Both the position numbers and the translations under genes were made by a program. Source: Chrysemys picta bellii (taxonomy: Eukaryota). From it: 64,000 bases of DNA. Of the stretch, positions 46,070-58,466 are shown in pieces. The notes beneath the pieces were generated by a model. It did no database searches and was not told the DNA's origin. It saw only the letters and a list, made by a program, of their open reading frames with translations. Every line of letters begins with the position of its first letter. The first letter of the stretch is position 1. The DNA is taken from contig NC_088807.1 of assembly GCF_011386835.1 (NCBI RefSeq), forward strand, positions 25,854,001 to 25,918,000, written 5' to 3'.

Positions 46070-46960
46070 TGCATTATTTACCCACCATTTTTAAGCCATC
46101 TGCAAACTTTATCAGGGATGATTTTATATTTTCTTCCAGGGCATTGATCAAAATGCCTGTCGGAGAACTGATTCCAGGGGACCCCACTGGAAACAGACCC
46201 ACTCGGGGATCATTCCCCGCTTACAGTTACATTCCGAGATCTATCAGTTAGCCAGTTTTTAAGGCATTTAATGTGGGTTGTGTTAATGTTACACTGTGTG
46301 AATTTTTAATCAGTGTCACGCGGGACCAGGTCAAACGCCTCAGCGAAGTCTGCCTGTTACATCAACGCTGCCATCTTTAGCAACCAAACGTGTAATCTCG
46401 TCAAAAAAAGATACTAAGTTAGTTTGACCGCATCTATTTTCCGTAAACCCCTGTTGATTGGCATTAATTATGTTACTCTCTTTTAATTCTTCATTAATTG
46501 AGTCCTGTATCAGCCGCTCCATTATCTTGCCCAGGATGGATGTCAGGCTGACAGGTCTATAATTACCCAGATCATCTCGTTCACCCTTTTTCAAAAATTG
46601 GCACCTTGGTTTATTGCAGATTTATTACACATTGACCTTCCCCCAGTGCTCCAAGTAACAGTACTGCCAGCTCCTCGGCCAGCTCTCTTCAAACTCTTGG
46701 ATTGAAGGTCTCTGGGCCTGATGATGTAAAAATGTCTGACTTTAGTAGCGTCCTCCAGAGGCACTATTGGAATGGAAAAAGTGTTGTCATCACTCGTCCG
46801 AGTGGGTTTTTTTACGCAGAACAGAAATATTTATTGACCGTGTCTGCCTGTTCTGTGCTAGTATTGGTAAGTCTACCATGTGCATCAAGGAATGGACTAA
46901 TACCATTCTTGGGATCCTTTGTGTTCCTCATGTGGTTAAAAAAACCTCCTTCTCATTGTC
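46070..46960 (-). mobile_element. Degenerate CR1 ORF2 (reverse transcriptase) fragment
   Basis: Minus ORF KKGERDDLGNYRPVSLTSILGKIMERLI...QGFTENRCGQTNLVSFFDEIT, with upstream SGP..FNPRV..ELAEEL remnants. Confidence 0.85.
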
Positions 46961-47964
46961 CAAACAGCTTATGTTTGATGTGCCAGAGAAGGGGGCGTCA
47001 GTGTGGGGCTGCAAGGGTTGGAAATGGCACTAGATCCGTTCATGGCGGATAGGTCCATCAGTGGCTATTGGCCAGGGCTGCTACCCCATGCTCTGGGGGT
47101 CCCTAAACCTCTGCCTGCCAGGAGCTGGGACTGGGCGATGGGATGGGTCACTCTTCGTTCCCTCCGAAGCACCTGGTGTTGGCTGCTGTCGGCAGACAGG
47201 ACCCCGGGCTAGCGATTGGACTGACCCAGCGTGGCTGTTCTTCTCTTCTTAGGGGCAACGTGGACAGAGAAACGGGCTCAGAGGAGGATCTCGGCGGGGG
47301 GGCCCCCATTCTGGACAAGATCGCACGGACAATGCGGTGGGGTGAGGAGAGCGGTCGGCTGGCTGAATGGAGAGGAAAAGCTAGAACTTGAGGACGTCGG
47401 GCGGCAACCACAAGATTTGCACGGAGTCCGCACGTGGGAGGGAGGCCCGCGTCGATGGCAACAGGCAAGCTGGGTTGGGTGGCGGGGGAGGCGAGGAGCT
47501 GCCTAGACAGCCAGGAGAGGGCCGGATTTTAGCTTGGCGAGGTCGATCCGGGAGTGGAGGCGGGAGTTGGACCCGGGTTTGTGGGGGGGAGAAGGTGCAA
47601 ATGGAGAAGAGAACGACCGAGCCCTGGGGAGCCAGAAAAGGGTGGAGTCAGGGAAGCCGAGATCCCCAGAAAAGGAGCCAGGAGGGTGGAAACTCCTCCC
47701 TTCGAGTGATCTTTCAGTCATTGTGTCGTCCTTCAGTGCACCCTCTGTTCCCCGAGCAGAATCTTTCCTTCTCTCTCACCCTTGCTAGCTCAGACCCGTG
47801 CAGAGCTCGGTAAGCTGCAGAATTGTTCCCCTGTCAATAAGGAAATAAAACAATCTAGGAAAGGCCAGGCAAAGAGCTTAGTTACATTTTAAAAAAGAAA
47901 TGAGGACATGCCAGATAGTTTAAGGTTTCCGCAGTAAACTTTGATTGTGAGATCGGGGTCTGGT

Positions 47965-48225
47965 CATTCCGGGCGCTGCCCACACCCCGCCCGCGATCAG
48001 GGCCCCCCCGTCGGGCCGGGCGCTGCCCACACCCCGCCCGCGATCAGGGCCCCCCCCGTCGGGCCGGGCGCTGCCCACACCCCGCCCGTGATCAGGGCCC
48101 CCCCGTCGGGCCGGGCGCTGCCCACACCCCGCCCGCGATCAGGGCCCCCCCGTCGGGCCGGGCGCTGCCCACACCCCGCCCGCGAACAGGGCCCCCCCGT
48201 CGGGCCGGGTGCTGCCCACACCCCA
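47965..48225. repeat. 47-bp CpG-rich minisatellite (~5.5 copies)
   Basis: CCCACACCCCGCCCGCGATCAGGGCCCCCCCGTCGGGCCGGGCGCTG units. Confidence 0.9.
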
Positions 48226-49349
48226 ACCGATCAAGGACTGGCTTGGTTCGGATGTATAAACCCCTTCCCAGGGAGAGAATCCCAGGTACTAACGAGGTTA
48301 TTAATCTCCCTGCGAAAGGCAGGAGCCCAGCTGAAACGCAGCCCCAACATTTCCCGGCGCGGGTAATGAGCCTTTGGAACAAACCGCCCAGGGACGTGGT
48401 GGATTCCCCAACTCCCGTGGGGTCAGATCCGGGCCGGATCCTTTCCGGAAGGGGCTTTAGCCAAGTCCGTGGGCTTGGTGCGGAGGACCCTCGGTGAAAT
48501 TCACTAGCCTGGGCTATTCGGGAAGTCGGTCTAGATGGACTAAGGGGCTTTTCTAGCCAGTCTCGTGGTTCGTGGCAAGTTCACTGCACCCCCAGGGGCT
48601 CTGTGCCCCCCTCCATCCCCCCACCCCCTCTAATTCACAGACTCCCTCTAATCCTCTAAGCTGAGTGCCCCCCCATCTCCCCAGAGCAGGGTCCCCCGTT
48701 CTCCCCCCCCATTTCCACCACCCTTCTCTGAGGGGTCAGTCGTTCCAGGGGTCCCCAGGTTATGCTTCCTTGGGGAGCTGGCCTAGAGACGGGGTCACTT
48801 TCTGCCTCATGCCCCGGGGGCTCTTTCATCTCCACTCAATGGCCAAGGTGCTAAAATTGGGGCTGTGCTGACCGGATGCCAGGTGGGGGCTCCCCGTGTA
48901 TCCCCCCATTTTCTAATGTCCTCCCCCTCCCCAAATCCACAGACTCCTGCCCGCCGGTGCCCGGAGCGTCCCCAGGAAATTTGGAAAGGATTGGCCGTGG
49001 CATCCGGAAGTTGTCGCCTGATGTGTGGGTGGAGATGCACCGGGACAACCAGGGGCGAGATTAGAATCATCCGGGAGCTGAGCTCCGTCTCGGGGAAAGA
49101 GGGTGAGTGCACGGAGACTCTCCGCTACTGGGTAGCAGTATAGGAAGCATGACACGCAGAGGAGTTTTCAGAGCCTCTCCTCTCCAGCAGGGGGCATTAG
49201 GGTCCCCCCAGCCTGGTCCATTACAATCTTATTACAACAAGCCTTATGTTATGAACCTGCTGCGCTTAATGTAGGTCCTACTGTATTTACTAACCTAATG
49301 ACACCGATCTCTGCTTGATGCTCAAGGATCTATAGTGCTGAGAGAGCTG

Positions 49350-50125
49350 TCCCAGGGCTGGAATTGCAGGGGCTGCTGGTGGGGTGTGAGGGGCACCGCG
49401 GGGCTGTTGGAGGGTGGGGAGGGCACCGCGGGGCTGGGTTGGAGGGTGGGGAGGGCAGGGGCTGCGGGTCGGGAGTGAGGGGCACCACGGGGATGGGTTG
49501 CAGGGTGGGGAGGGCAGGGGCTGCGGGTGGGGAGTGAGGGGCACCGCGGGGCTGTTGGAGGGTGGGGAGGGCAGGGCTGCGGGTGGGGAGTGAGGGGCAC
49601 CGCGGGGCTGGGTTGGAGGGTGGGGAGGGCAGGGGCTGCGGGTCGGGAGTGAGGGGCACCACGGGGATGGGTTGCAGGGTGGGGAGGGCAGGGGCTGCGG
49701 GTCAGGAGTGAGGGGCACCGCGGGGCTGTTGGAGGGTGGGGAGGGCAGGGGCTGTGGGTCGGGAGTGAGGGGCACCGCGGGGCTGTTGGAGGGTGGGGAG
49801 GGCAGGGGCTGCGCGTGGGAGTGAGGGGCACCGCGGGGCTGTTGGAGGGTGGGGAGGGCAGGGCTGCGGGTCGGGAGTGAGGGGCACCACGGGACTGTTG
49901 GAAGGTGGGGAGGGCAGGGGCTGCGGGTCGGGAGTGAGGGGCACCGCTGGGCTGGGTTGGAGGGTGGGGAGGGCAGGGGCTGCGGGTCGGGAGTGAGGGG
50001 CACCACGGGGCTGTTGGAGGGTGGGGAGGGCAGGGGCTGCGGGTGGGGAGTGAGGGGCACCGTGGGGCTGTTGGAGGGTGGGGAGGGCAGGGGCTGCGGG
50101 TGGGGAGTGAGGGGCACCGTGGGGC
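49350..50125. repeat. ~56-bp G-rich minisatellite upstream of the GATA1 regulatory region
   Basis: GAGGGTGGGGAGGGCAGGGGCTGCGGGTCGGGAGTGAGGGGCACC units. Confidence 0.9.
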
Positions 50126-50168
50126 TGGGTTTGGACTCATCTCTCTCTCTTGCTCAGCTCCTTCCCCT

Positions 50169-50189
50169 TTATCTGGCGCTGGGAGATAA
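50169..50189. promoter_or_regulatory. GATA1: Paired GATA sites, candidate GATA1 upstream enhancer
   Basis: TTATCT (50169-50174) and AGATAA (50184-50189); another CTATCA near 50306. Confidence 0.45.
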
Positions 50190-50839
50190 GCGGGTGTTTT
50201 TCAGAGAATCGGTCGCTGGCTTCCCCTGAAGTCTGGGTTAGACTCACCCCCCCGCCTGTGCGCAGGGCCAGGGGGTTCATCCTGACACAGAATCTGCATC
50301 AGTTTCTATCAGCCAGTGTCGCAGGGACGCCCCCAGCTACAGCCGCAGTGGGGTCTAGTGGTTAGAGCAGGGGGGCTGGGGGCCAGGACTCCTGGGTTCT
50401 GTCCCCGGCTCTGGGAGGGGAGTGGGGGCTGGTGGTTAGAGCAGGGGGCCAGGACTCCTGGGTTCTCTCCCGGCTCTGGGAGGGGAGTGGGATCTGGTGG
50501 GTTAGAGCGGGGAGGAGGGTTGGGAGCCAGGACTCCTGGGTTCTCTCCCCGGCTCTGGGAGGGGAGTGGGGTCTAGCGGTTAGAGGGGGGGGGCGGGCTG
50601 GGAGCCAGGACTCCTGGGTTCTTTCCCCGGCTCTGGAACACTAGCAGAGGGAGGGGAGTGAACAGGCCAGGAAGACTGTGGCCCTCGCACCCCAGACGCA
50701 GTGGGGGACCTGGGACGTCTCCCCCACCCAGGTCTGTTATTCCCCACCTTGCCCCCTGCGCTGCCCGCCCAGCACTATGGCGTGGGTTGTTCCAGGCCCC
50801 GTCACCAAGAATCCGCCAACCGCCAGCTCCTGACCCTGG

Positions 50840-50858
50840 CATCAGATAAGGGCTTATC
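50840..50858 (+). promoter_or_regulatory. GATA1: GATA1 promoter double-GATA (GATApal) element
   Basis: CATCAGATAAGGGCTTATC matches the ATC(A/T)GATAAG palindromic site plus a nearby TTATC, as known from mouse, human and chicken GATA1 promoters. Confidence 0.7.
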
Positions 50859-51799
50859 GGGGACTTCCAGGCCTGCTGCCATCACCTCCCCAGGCCCCAA
50901 ACTGGCCGGGCGGTTAGTGGGGCAGGGAATGGGGCTGGGGCCTGTCTCCTCTGGGGGGCACCGGGTCTCATCCGGCCCAGGGCAGGGCCTGGCTGGCTCG
51001 GGGAGGGCGGGGAATGGGGCAGGGGCCTGTCCCCTCTGGGGGGCACCGGGTCTCATCCGGCCCCAGGGCAGGGACTGGCTGGCTCAGGGGGTGGGGAGTG
51101 GGGCTGGGGCCTGTCCCCTCTGGGGGGGCACCGGGTCTCATCCGGCCTCAGGGCAGGGACTGGCTGGCTCGGGGAGGGCGGGGAATGGGGCACAGGGCCT
51201 GTCCCCTCTGGGGGGCGCCATCTGCGATCTGCCCCACGTGTGAAATCTCTAGGAATGCTGAGTGATGATAGACCAGTTGCCGTCCCCCCCATGTATCCAT
51301 CGCTGCCTCCCCTCCCCCTGGACGAGCGTGGGGGTACAGCACCAAGACCCCAAAACTCCCAACCCTCCCTCCAATGTTTACTTGCCTCCTCCCACTGAGC
51401 CAGGCAGAGAATAGGGCGTCCTGCCTCCCAGCGCCCCCCCCCCCCACCCCGCCCCCTAAGGCCCAGTCTCCTCCCAGAGAACCCAGGAGTCCTGGCTTCC
51501 AGCCCCTCCCCTCTACCCAATAGACCCCCACTTCCCTCCGAGACAACCCAGGAGTTCTGGCTCCCCCCTCCCGCCCCCCGAACCACTAGACCCATCTCCT
51601 TCTACACTAGAGAGAGTTTGGGGGGCTGGTTGTCTCTCCCTCTGCTGCACATTGGGGGGTAATTGAGTTCTCCAGGGTGGGGGGCAGGAGACCCCCAGCT
51701 GCTCTCTCCCTCCCCCTCTGTGCCCCACGAGAGCCCGTCCCGTCTCAGAAGGCGGGACCTCACCAGCCTGGGCTGCTGTGTCATTTTTAGCGTCTCTGC

Positions 51800-51970
51800 C
51801 CCCCCCCCCTCCTGTTCTCTGTCTCTCGGAGCCACCCAGCAAGTTGGGGCGGACCCACGGCCGGCTAGATCTGGGGAGCTCGCTGTGCTTCAAACCCCCC
51901 CTCGAAATTTGCCAAGGGTCCACCTGGCACCGCATGTGGGGGCCCCCCCAAATTTCTTGCCCAGCTCTAG
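51800..51970 (+). other. GATA1: Putative GATA1 non-coding exon 1 (5' boundary uncertain)
   Basis: Consensus donor CTAG|GTGAGT at 51970/51971, about 1.1 kb downstream of the double-GATA element. Confidence 0.5.
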
Positions 51971-52084
51971 GTGAGTGTCAAGCCGAGGCCGGCGGGGGAC
52001 GGGTGGCGTCCGGTTTGGGGGAGTTGTGGAGAGAGGCCAACGGGCAGAGCGAATCGGGACGGGATGGAAGGGTGCAGAGGAACT

Positions 52085-52750
52085 GCAAACGGAGGGCTGG
52101 CGCGGGCGCCAGGGGCAGTGGGAACGGAGGAGGGCTGGCGGGGGGGGCCAAGGGGCACTGGGAACAGAGGGGGGCTGGCGCGGGCGCCAGGGGGCACTGG
52201 GAACGGAGGGGGGCTGGCGGGGGGGGCAGAGGGCATTAGGAACAGAGGGCTGGCGGGGGTGCTGGGGACATTGGGAATGGGGGGCTGGTGTGGGGTGCCA
52301 GGGGGTACTGGGAATGGAGGAGGGCTGGTGCGGGGTGCCAGGGGGCACTGGGAACAGAGGGGGGCTGGCATGGGCGCCAGGGGGCACTGGGAATGGAGGG
52401 AGCTGGTGGGGGGGTGCCAGGGGGCACTGGGAACGGAGGAGGGCTGGCAGGGGTGCCAGGGGGCACTGGAATGGAGGGGGGCTGGCGGGGTTTCCAGGGG
52501 GCACTGGGAATGGAGGGCTGGCGGGGAGGGCCAGGGGGCACTGGGAACGGAGGAGGGCTGGTGCGGGGGGCCAGGGGGCACTGGGAACGGAGGAGGGCTG
52601 GCGGGGGTGCCAGGGGCACTGGGAACAGGGGGCACAGGGGGTGCCAGGGGGCACAGGAGGGTGGTGGTGGGGCAGATGGCGGGGTGGAGGTGCCAGGGGG
52701 CACAGGAGGGTGAGGGGGGCGGATGGCGGGGTGGGGGTGCCAGGGGGCAC
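52085..52750. repeat. ~38-bp G-rich minisatellite in GATA1 intron 1
   Basis: GGGGGCACTGGGAACGGAGGAGGGCTGGCGGGGGGGCCA units. Confidence 0.85.
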
Positions 52751-53280
52751 GGGGGGGAGATGGGTGGATAGGGCGTGGGGGATGGCAGGGTGTGGTGGGG
52801 GGACGGATGGCGGGGTGGGGGAGCAGGGCAGACGGACGGATCGCACTAGGAAAAGGGGTGAGAAGACTGGCAGGTCCCAGCGGGTCCGTTGCAGGTTAAT
52901 GTCGGGGTTCCCACCCCCCGTTTGAGTTCCCCCCGGCTGGTCGTGCGGGGATCGGGGGGGAACCCTTGTCTGGAAACGTCCAGTCCGGGGGGGGGGGGGG
53001 AGACCACCCCCATCTCGAGACATTTCTCTTCCCCCCCCCCCCCGACCCCACTCCTCTGCGCAATACCCAGAGGATCAGCAATTTACCTTCCGTTCTCTCC
53101 TCTCAGCCTCCCGGACGCCTGGGTTCTTTCGAAGCCTTCGCGAGGTAAATCGTGGGGGGGGGCAAGGGGATGTCGTCCCCGTTCTGGGGTGGGTGGGGGG
53201 TTACAATACACATTGTTCTACCCACTGAGCCGCATCGGGGCAAATCTGTGACTGCCGTGTGAGCTGCCCGTCAAGGCAAG

Positions 53281-53334
53281 GGAGATAAAAATTATCTCCT
53301 GGCTATTTCTTATCTGAGGCCCTAATCCCGATAA
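53281..53334. promoter_or_regulatory. GATA1: Intronic cluster of four GATA motifs including a perfect palindrome
   Basis: GGAGATAA-AAA-TTATCTCC (53281-53299), TTATCT (53310-53315), CGATAA (53329-53334); CACCC box near 53392. Confidence 0.65.
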
Positions 53335-54425
53335 GGGCTGTATAATCGTTGGGCCCCACACGTCCGATTTCCTCCCCTCCGGCCTGGTACACACCCACAC
53401 AACGCAGAGATCGGGGGCAGGGGCCATCCTGGAGCTGGATGTGAAAATGGCCCAAGGAGATGGAAGTGGGGGTGATGGGGGGGGTGCGCAGGGGGAGTTT
53501 GGAGTGTGTCTGTCATGGGGGGTGGGTTTTGGGTTGTGGTGGTGTGTCTGTCTTTGCGGCGGTGTCGAGGGGTTGTGTGTGTGTCTTTGGGTGGAGTTTT
53601 TGTCGCATTCAGGGTGCGTGCCTTTGGTTGCACATTCGGGTTGTGGTGCTGTGCGTCTGTCTTTGCGGTGGTGTTGAGGGTGTTTCCCCATGGGTTGTGT
53701 GTGTGTGTGGCTGTGTTTTTGTAGTGTTCAGGGGGTTTGGGTTGTGATGGTGGTTGGGTTGTTTGTCTTTGTAGTGGTGGGGAGAGGATGTCCCCTTGGG
53801 TTGTGTGTCTTTGTGTGTCTGTCTCCGGGATGTGGTGGGGTGTGTGTTTGGGTTGTGTGTCTTTGCAGTGGTGTTGAGGGGTGTCTCTCTCTGGGTTGTG
53901 TCTCTTTGTGTGGGACTGGGCTGTGTTTTTGTAGTACTGAAGGTGCATCTGTGTGTTTTTGTGTGTGTTGTTTATGCTGTGTGTGGTTTGGGCTGTGGTG
54001 GTGGGGCCGGGGAGGGTGCGCTGTTTGGGACTGCCTGTGCGGTGTGTTTCATGTGGCGGGCGATAGTTTCGGTGGCTGTGACTTGATGTGTTGTTTGTGT
54101 TGATTTGGCATGTCTGTGTGGGCTGTTGTGGTTGTTTGGTGGGTGTGTATGTCTTAGCTGTTTGTGTGGCAGGGATTTGTGTTGGCTTGTTAGCTTGTGT
54201 GTGTCGTATCCGTGGGTTAGCAGCGTGTTGTGGCTGGGTGGGGGGCTTTTTTGGGATGTATTTCTCTGCGTGTGTTGTCCGACATGTGAGTCTGTTGTTC
54301 TGGGGGTGCTGAGTGTTGGCTTTGTGGGGTGTTTGTGTGTTTTTCTAGGGTGTGGTATTTTGGAGAGTGCTTGTGTGTCGCGGAGGGAGTTGTGATTTGG
54401 TCTGGATTTCTTTGCCTGTCTTTGT

Positions 54426-54468
<43 letters not shown>

Positions 54469-54789
54469 ATCCCTGATGCCCCTGCTGGCGAGGCTGAGCT
54501 CTGCTGGGTGTGTGTCCTCGTGGTCTGGGATTGTGCGTTGTTTCGGGGCAGTGGTTTGTGTGTGTGTTGATCATGGTGGGGTGGCACCGTGGGGATGGTT
54601 AAGTAGCGGCAAAGGGGGTGCATTTGTGCGGTGAGGGGGGGCTGGGAGTGTGTGTTCGGTGGTGGTGGCAGGGCTGGTGTTGAATTGTGATTTACGAATG
54701 GACAGGAGATTAAAAGAGCAACAAAATTCACAACGTGAGAAGAACAGGGCACAGAGTGGGGTGGGGAAATACACCCCCTGACCGACCTT

Positions 54790-55540
54790 TATGTAGAGCC
54801 CGGGAGAGAACCCAGGCGACCTGGCTCCCAGCCCCCCGTTCTAACCCCAGTCGACCCCCTCCCCTCCCAGAGCTGGAGAGAACCCAGGCGACCTGGCTCC
54901 CAGCCCCCCGTTCTAACCCCAGTCGACCCCCTCCCCTCCCAGAGCCGGAGAGAACCCAGGCGACCTGGCTCCCAGCCCCCTGCTCTAACCCCAGTCGACC
55001 CCCTCCCAGAGCCGGAGAGAACCCAGGCGACCTGGCTCCCAGCCCCCCTGCTCTAACCCCAGTCGACCCCCCTCCCCTCCCAGAGCTGGAGAGAACCCAG
55101 GCGACCTGGCTCCCAGCCCCCCTGCTCTAACCCCAGTCGACCCCCTCCCCTCCCAGAGCCGGAGAGAACCCAGGCGACCTGGCTCCCAGCCCCCCTGCTC
55201 TAACCCCAGTCGACCCCCCTCCCCTCCCAGAGCCGGAGAGAACCCAGGCGACCTGGCTCCCAGCCCCCCCGCTCTAACCCCAGTCGACCCCCTCCCCTCC
55301 CAGAGCCGGAGAGAACCCAGGCGACCTGGCTCCCAGCCCCCCTGCTCTAACCCCAGTCGACCCCCCTCCCCTCCCAGAGCCGGAGAGAACCCAGGCGACT
55401 TGGCTCCCAGCCCCCCGTTCTAACCCCAGTCGACCCCCTCCCCTCCCAGAGCCGGAGAGAACCCAGGCGACCTGGCTCCCAGCCCCCCATTCTAACCCCA
55501 GTCGACCCCCTCCCCTCCCAGAGCCGGAGAGAACCCAGGC
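54790..55540. repeat. Locally homogenised GTCGAC-bearing variant of the ~63-bp repeat (mirror copy 62520-62990)
   Basis: 10 GTCGAC units on the left; 6 units (one GTTGAC) on the right. Confidence 0.9.
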
Positions 55541-56199
55541 TCCCTGCCCCCCTCCATTGTGGGGTGGTTAGTTCGCTGCCCCCGCCCCGTGTTATCTGCC
55601 CCATCTCTGCTGCGTTGGCAGGGATGAGGCAAGGGCAGCTTTTGAAATCAGTTTTGAGATGGTGCCGACTTCCTCTGCACTGCGCCACCCTCTTCCCCCG
55701 CCCCTGCAGCCAGGACTCCTGGGTTCAGTCCCTGGGGAGGGGAGGGGAGGGAAGGGGAGTGGGGGGGCAGGACTCCTGGGTTCAGTCCCTGCGGAGGGGA
55801 GTGGGTGGGGGCAGGACTCCTGGGTTCAGTCCCTGCGGAGGGGAGGGGAGTGGGGGGGCAGGACTCCTGGGTTCAGTCCCTGGGGAGAGGAGTGGGGGGG
55901 CAGGACTCCTGGGTTCACAGCGGGGCCAGGCCCTGGTGGCCGCTGGGGGTCTGCGTGCGAGATCGGGGGGCGGATAGAGCCGGGAGGAAAGGGGCCTCCC
56001 CGGCCGGGCTGGAGGCACCACTTCTGAGAAGGAGAGATGGGGGGAGATAGACAGAGAGATGCAGAGATTGGTCGGGGCAGGGGCAGCGCCTTCCGGGGTA
56101 ACCCTCCTTGGCCATATATAGGGGTGGGGTCCCCGGGCCTGGCTGGCTGGCTGGAGGCAGAGGTGGGGATGGGGAAACAAGGGGGGTGGAGGGGATGGA

Positions 56200-57720
56200 G
56201 GGCTAGGTAGGGAGGGGTGTGGATGGGGGATGGATGGGGCGTGTAGGAAAGGAGGGAGGGATGAGCATGGAGGGAGGGGCTGGAGGGATGAAGGGGAGGC
56301 GGATGGAGGGAGGGAGGGGGGGCGTTCAGGGAGGGATGGAGGGCCATGTAGGAAAGGAGGGAGGGAGGGAGGGGTGGGATGGATGGGGAGGATGGAGGGA
56401 GGCATGGATGGGGGGTGTGGGGGCTGGATGGAGGAATGCAGGGATGGAGGGGGGTGTGGGGGCTGGATGGAGGGGGGCTGGATGCAGGGAGGGAGGGATG
56501 GAGGGCCATGTAGGAAAGGAGGAGAGAGGGGTGGGATGGATGGGGAGGATGGAGGGGGGTGTGGGGGCTGGATGGAGGGATGCAAGGAGGGAGGGATGAA
56601 GGGGAGGTGGAGGGAGGAAGGGGGGGCGTTCAGGGAGGATGGAGGGCCATGTAGGAAAGGAGGGAGGGAGGGGTGGGATGGATGGGGAGGATGGAGGGAG
56701 GGATGGGGGGGGGGGGTGGGGGCTGGATGGAGGGATGCAGGAGGGATGGAGGGCCATGTAGGAAAGGAGGGAGGAAGGGGTGGGATGGATGGGGAGGATG
56801 GAGGGAGGGATGGAGGGGGGTGTGGGGGCTGGAGGGAGGGAGGGCCATGTAGGAAAGGAGGGAGGAAGGGGTGGGATGGATGGGGAGGATGGAGGGAGGG
56901 ATGGAGGGGGGTGTGGGGGCTGGAGGGAGGGAGGGCCATGTAGGAAAGGAGGGAGGAAGGGGTGGGATGGATGGGGAGGATGGAGGGAGGGATGGAGGGG
57001 GGTGTGGGGGCTGGATGGAGGGATGCAGGGAGGGAGGGATGAAGGGGAGGTGGAGGGAGGAAGGGGGGGCGTTCAGGGAGGGATGGAGGGCCATGTAGGA
57101 AAGGAGGGAGGAAGGGGTGGGATGGATGGGGAGGATGGAGGGAGGGATGGAGGGGGGTGTGGGGGCTGGATGGAGGGATGCAGGGAGGGATGGAGGGCCA
57201 TGTAGGAAAGGAGGGAGGAAGGGGTGGGATGGATGGGGAGGATGGAGGGAGGGATGGAGGGGGGTGTGGGGGCTGGAGGGAGGGAGGCCATGTAGGAAAG
57301 GAGGGAGGAAGGGGTGGGATGGATGGGGAGGATGGAGGGAGGGATGGAGGGGGGTGTGGGGGCTGGAGGGAGGGAGGGCCATGTAGGAAAGGAGGGAGGA
57401 AGGGGTGGGATGGATGGGGAGGATGGAGGGAGGGATGGAGGGGGGTGTGGGGGCTGGAGGGAGGGAGGGCCATGTAGGAAAGGAGGGAGGAAGGGGTGGG
57501 ATGGATGGGGAGGATGGAGGGAGGGATGGAGGGGGGTGTGGGGGCTGGATGGAGGGATGCAGGGAGGGAGGGATGAAGGGGAGGTGGAGGGAGGAAGGGG
57601 GGGCGTTCAGGGAGGGATGGAGGGCCATGTAGGAAAGGAGGGAGGGAGGGGTGGGATGGATGGGGAGGATGGAGGGAGGGATGGATGGGGGGTGTGGGGG
57701 CTGGATGGAGGGAGGGATGG
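56200..57720. repeat. Polypurine (GGA/GGGA-rich) ~90-bp minisatellite in GATA1 intron 1 (mirror copy 60650-61860)
   Basis: GGAGGGCCATGTAGGAAAGGAGGGAGGAAGGGGTGGGATGGATGGGGAGGATGG... units. Confidence 0.9.
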
Positions 57721-58466
57721 GGGTATGGAGGTGTGGGGGGTGAAGGGAGGGGGGCCATGCAGGGAGGGAAGGGTGAGCTCAGGCATCGGGGGAGGGACAG
57801 ACCCATTGTTTTCAGTCCCATAAGCCCCACGTTTCCCCTCGTGGCCCCAGGGCCTCTCGCTCCGCCCTGGCCCGGTCCTTGTGCTCGTGCCCTCGGTCCG
57901 GCCGGGGCTCCCCTGCGTCTCTCAGTGCCCCCCGAACCTGGGGCCGGGCGGGTGGGTTTCGTCCCCAGCCCCTGCCGTGGTGAGAATGGTGACCTGGCTG
58001 GTGCGTGCACGGCCCTGCCCTCGAGATGCCAACCGGTAACGCTGTATAAACCGTTCGCCTGGCAAAACACGGCAGCCAGCGGCCTCCCCCCGACCTGGCC
58101 CAATTCGCACGTGGAATCGGTGCGTTTGCACGCTAACGAACAGCCGTTTTCACACGTGGCCTCTCTCAAGAACGGGCTTCTCCCCCCCGGGAACGTGTCC
58201 TTGACGGTCCGGGGGGAGGGCCGGCCGCTCGCGGTCGCTGGGGGAGACCGACCGGCGTTGCCTCCTCTTTAAACTTTGCTTTGCTCTTGGCTGCGTCTCT
58301 AACTACCAGACCTCACTCCCCTCCCCAAGACAGGGGTGGAACCCAGGAGTCCTGGCTCCCCTCCACTCCCCTCCCGGAGCCAGGGAGAGAACCCAGGAGT
58401 CCTGACACCCTGTGTCTTGTCCCTCATGTAAATTCCCCATCTAGGTCAGGAGCTCTTGTGCCTGGG

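Noticed and set aside
44600-49300. CpG-rich unique-looking stretches and short ORFs between CDK20 and GATA1, considered as ERAS or HDAC6 remnants
   Set aside because: No Ras G-box or HDAC motifs in any listed frame; identifiable parts are CR1 debris and minisatellites.
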